Assembly: GCA_963693365.1 (NCBI GenBank)
Contig: CAVNZM010000012.1
Coordinates: forward strand, 6,150,889-6,214,888
Direction of reading: 5' to 3'
Length of the DNA stretch: 64,000 nucleotides
Source: Amoebidium appalachense
Taxonomy: Eukaryota; Protista; Ichthyosporea
Every line of letters starts with the position of its first letter. The stretch's first letter is position 1. The notes below the pieces were generated by a model. That model was given only the letters and a program-made list of their open reading frames with translations, was not told the DNA's origin and made no database searches. The position numbers were made by a program, and so were the translations under genes. This document shows, piece after piece, positions 61,266 through 64,000 of this stretch.

Positions 61266-64000
61266 GTGAAGGAAAGGCGAGGAAGAGACAGATAGAGAGA
61301 GAGAAAGTTGTAGAGCGAGATCGCTAGCGAGGGAGGCAGGGAGGGAGAGGGAGGGGAGGGGGGGATGTGGTAGGAGAGAGGGAGATAGGGTGTGAGGGAG
61401 TGAAGACGTGTGGGAGGGGAGGGCAGGAGGGAGGGAGGGTGGGTGGGTGGGGGGAGGGGGGAGGAGGTGAGGAGCAGGTGTGTGAGTGTCATTTGCCTAG
61501 GGCATATGTTCTTCTTGGTTTGTGTTTGTGTGGTGAATTAACTGCAATGTTGGTGGTTGCTTGTATCCACTGACAAGTTTATATGTTGTGTGGTGACAGA
61601 GCCCAGGGCACGTCGGGCAAGAACGTCTACAAAATCCTTTAAGGAATGGTCGTCAGAAGGTAATCGTGTGTGTTCGTTTGATTCTGATAAGTTTTTTTTT
61701 ATATATTTTTTTTAAACCTCTGTGTGTTTTACGGGAGGGGTTTGTGTATGTGTGCATGGATAGACGTGGGAGTGTGTGTGGGTTGGTGTGTGTGCGCACC
61801 CATAGGTGGTGTGTGTTGGGGGGGCATCGGTGGTGGTGGTGGTTGGGGGGGGGGGGGGGGGGGGGGGGGGGAGGGGGGGGAAGGGGGGGGGGGGGGGGGA
61901 GGGGGGGGGGGGCTGTATCGGGGTGTGTGCGAGTAATAGAACAGGGGAAAGGAAAGAAGGGATACATGTGTTTTTCCACACCCCTACCCCTCTCTTTCTC
62001 ATTCTCTTTTTCAACCCTGTACCCCTCTCTTTCTCATTCTCTTTTTCAACCCTGTACCCCTCTCTTTCTCATTCTCTTTTTCAACCCTGTACCCCTCTCT
62101 TTCTCATTCTCTTTTTCAACCCTGTACCCCTCTCTTTCTCATTCTCTTTTTCAACCCTGTACCCCTCTCTTTCTCATTCTCTTTTTCAACCCTGTACCCC
62201 TCTCTTTCTCACTCTCTTTTTCAACCCTGTACCCCTCTCTTTCTCATCCTCTTTTTCAACCCTGTAGAGGAGGACCAAGATGCGAGCATGGGGGAGGGAG
62301 GGGATGATGATTGGGACGGTGGGTCGAGCCCAGAGGCAAAACCGAAAAAGTCCACACAGAAGAAAAAGCCGCCTGCAAAGAAGGGTGGGTGGTGGTTTCA
62401 TGCTGTGTGAATGAATAATATTGCTGTTTTGTTTTGGTGATGGGGATGGGGGTGGTGTGGGAGAGGCGGGGGCAGGGCAGGGGGAGGGGTGGGAGGGGGG
62501 AGGGGGGGGGGGAAGAGGAGAGAAGGGGAAAGGAAAATAAGGTGTGGTTGTGTGTGTTTATGTTTGTGTGTGCGTGTGCGTGTGCGCTCACGCCCGCGCA
62601 CGCGCGTGTGTGTGTATGTGTGTGTGTGTGTGTGGAGGTGGGTTGTGGAGGGGATAGGTGGAGGGGTTCAATTTTTCTTGTCAAATTTTTTTTTTGGGGG
62701 GTCCGAGGGGGTAGGAGGGGGGGGGAGGGGGGGGGTTGGGGGGACCCCTGAGGGGACCGGAGGGGGTGGGGTGGGTGGGGGGGGGGGGGGGGAGGGGGGG
62801 GGGAGGGGGGGGGGGAGGGGGCAGAGTGGTGTGTAAGCAGAAGAGAACTCAAGTTTTTGCCTTTTTTTTTTTTTTGGCACGTACCTGTGTTCATTGTGGG
62901 GTTACTTAATAATACCTGATAATACGAAATTGTAGAAACATATTGCTATGTAATATAAATATCATAAAGTATATGCACAATCAAACCACATAACTTACGG
63001 CCTTAACAGCGCAATCATCCGACGAGGATGAGGAGGGTGATTCTGATTCGCCAGCAGCCAAGAAGAAGCCAAATAAGGCAGCGCCAAAAAAGGCAACTGC
63101 ATCAGCCACAAAACAAACAAAATCCGCAGGCAGTGCAGCAAAGGGTGGGTGCATGCGTGCATGTGTATGTGGGACAAACAGTCATTCTGTATTCCCTCCC
63201 CCCCCCCCCCCCCCCCCCCCCCCCCGTTGGTACCGTGTTTACGTATTCAAACAACCCCCCCCCCCCCCCCTCTTTTCCCCACTCTTGTTTTCCCCCGTAG
63301 ATCGTTTGTTGGTTTTTAGGGGGTGGGGTCAAGGAAAAGGAGTAAAAGGGAGGGGCGGGGGGAAGGGGGGGAAGAGGGGGGAGGGGGGGGGGAGGGGGGG
63401 GGAGGGGGAGGGGGGAGGGGGGGGGAGGGGGGATGGGGGGTGTCCTGGATTGTAGAAACTTGGGAAGGCAGCATACATACCATTTCCATGGGCGTGTTAC
63501 CCTTCCCTCCTCTCCACCTTCCCCCCTCTCCTCCCCCCCCCTAAAAAAAAAAAAAAAAAAAAAAAAGACACCCAAACACCAACAGCAAAATCCCCCAAAC
63601 ATTAACAGCAAAATCCCCCTCCCCCCAATCTCTCTTCCTCCTCCCCCCTTCCCCCCCCCCCCCCCCCCCCTCCGACCCCCTTCTCCCCCATCCCCCCCAC
63701 CCCCCCCCCCCCCTTCCTCCCCCCCCCCCCCCCTCCCCCCCCCGCATCCCCCCCCCCACACACACTAACCCATCCCACCCACCCACACAGCCACCCCAAA
63801 ACCTAAACTCAAACCATCCACTGCTGCCAAGGCAACAACAGCAAAAGCAGCTCCAAAGGCTACCCCTAAACCAAAACCACAACCAAAACCAGCAGCTAAA
63901 AAGAAAACTGACTCGGACTCGGAGGAAAACTTTGGTGATGGTTTTGGGGAGGAGGATTCGAGCGTGGTGGTGCTTTCGGATGACGAGGGGAGAGAGGAGA
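59964..64000 (+). CDS. 5' exons of an unidentified protein with a Lys/Ala/Pro-rich and acidic disordered N-terminus (probably nuclear); runs off the window
   Basis: Phase-1 GT-AG exons 59964-60000, 62268-62384, 63010-63144 and 63791->64000 give MSDSGSDFDAPSEEDQ...KPKKSTQKKKPPAKK...AAKKKTDSDSEENFG. No folded domain in the window. Confidence 0.75.
61986..62265 (+). repeat. 8 x 35-bp tandem repeat of the polypyrimidine/acceptor region
   Basis: Unit ACCCCTCTCTTTCTCATTCTCTTTTTCAACCCTGT with period 35; the last unit is followed by AG, the acceptor at 62266-62267. Confidence 0.95.

Overview
Eukaryotic genomic DNA, probably from a unicellular opisthokont or protist (inference). Genes are intron-rich, and the introns are packed with (CA)n/(GT)n and poly-G/poly-C tracts, so almost all ORFs in the supplied track are repeat artefacts. 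Manual splicing gives these genes: the 3' part of proteasome ATPase Rpt2/PSMC1; an exostosin/GT47-like gene with unresolved 5' frames; a 26-exon MYBBP1A/Pol5 gene; a CCDC32-like AP-2-motif gene; a 2-exon PH-like gene; a 14-exon HSL-family alpha/beta hydrolase; and the 5' exons of a Lys/acidic low-complexity gene with an E2F site upstream. A poly(A)-tailed non-LTR retroelement remnant is also present. The most notable signal is splicing architecture. About 20 acceptors have (CA)n where a polypyrimidine tract is expected. Two introns in different genes need a non-canonical (CA)n-CG acceptor to keep conserved motifs in frame, and one of these is bracketed by complementary (GT)n/(CA)n tracts. Acceptor regions are repeatedly tandem-duplicated. 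A MYBBP1A intron also carries two tandem H/ACA snoRNA-like copies matching LSU rRNA. Single-base G-run frameshifts in otherwise intact genes suggest assembly errors, so the non-canonical sites need read-level confirmation.
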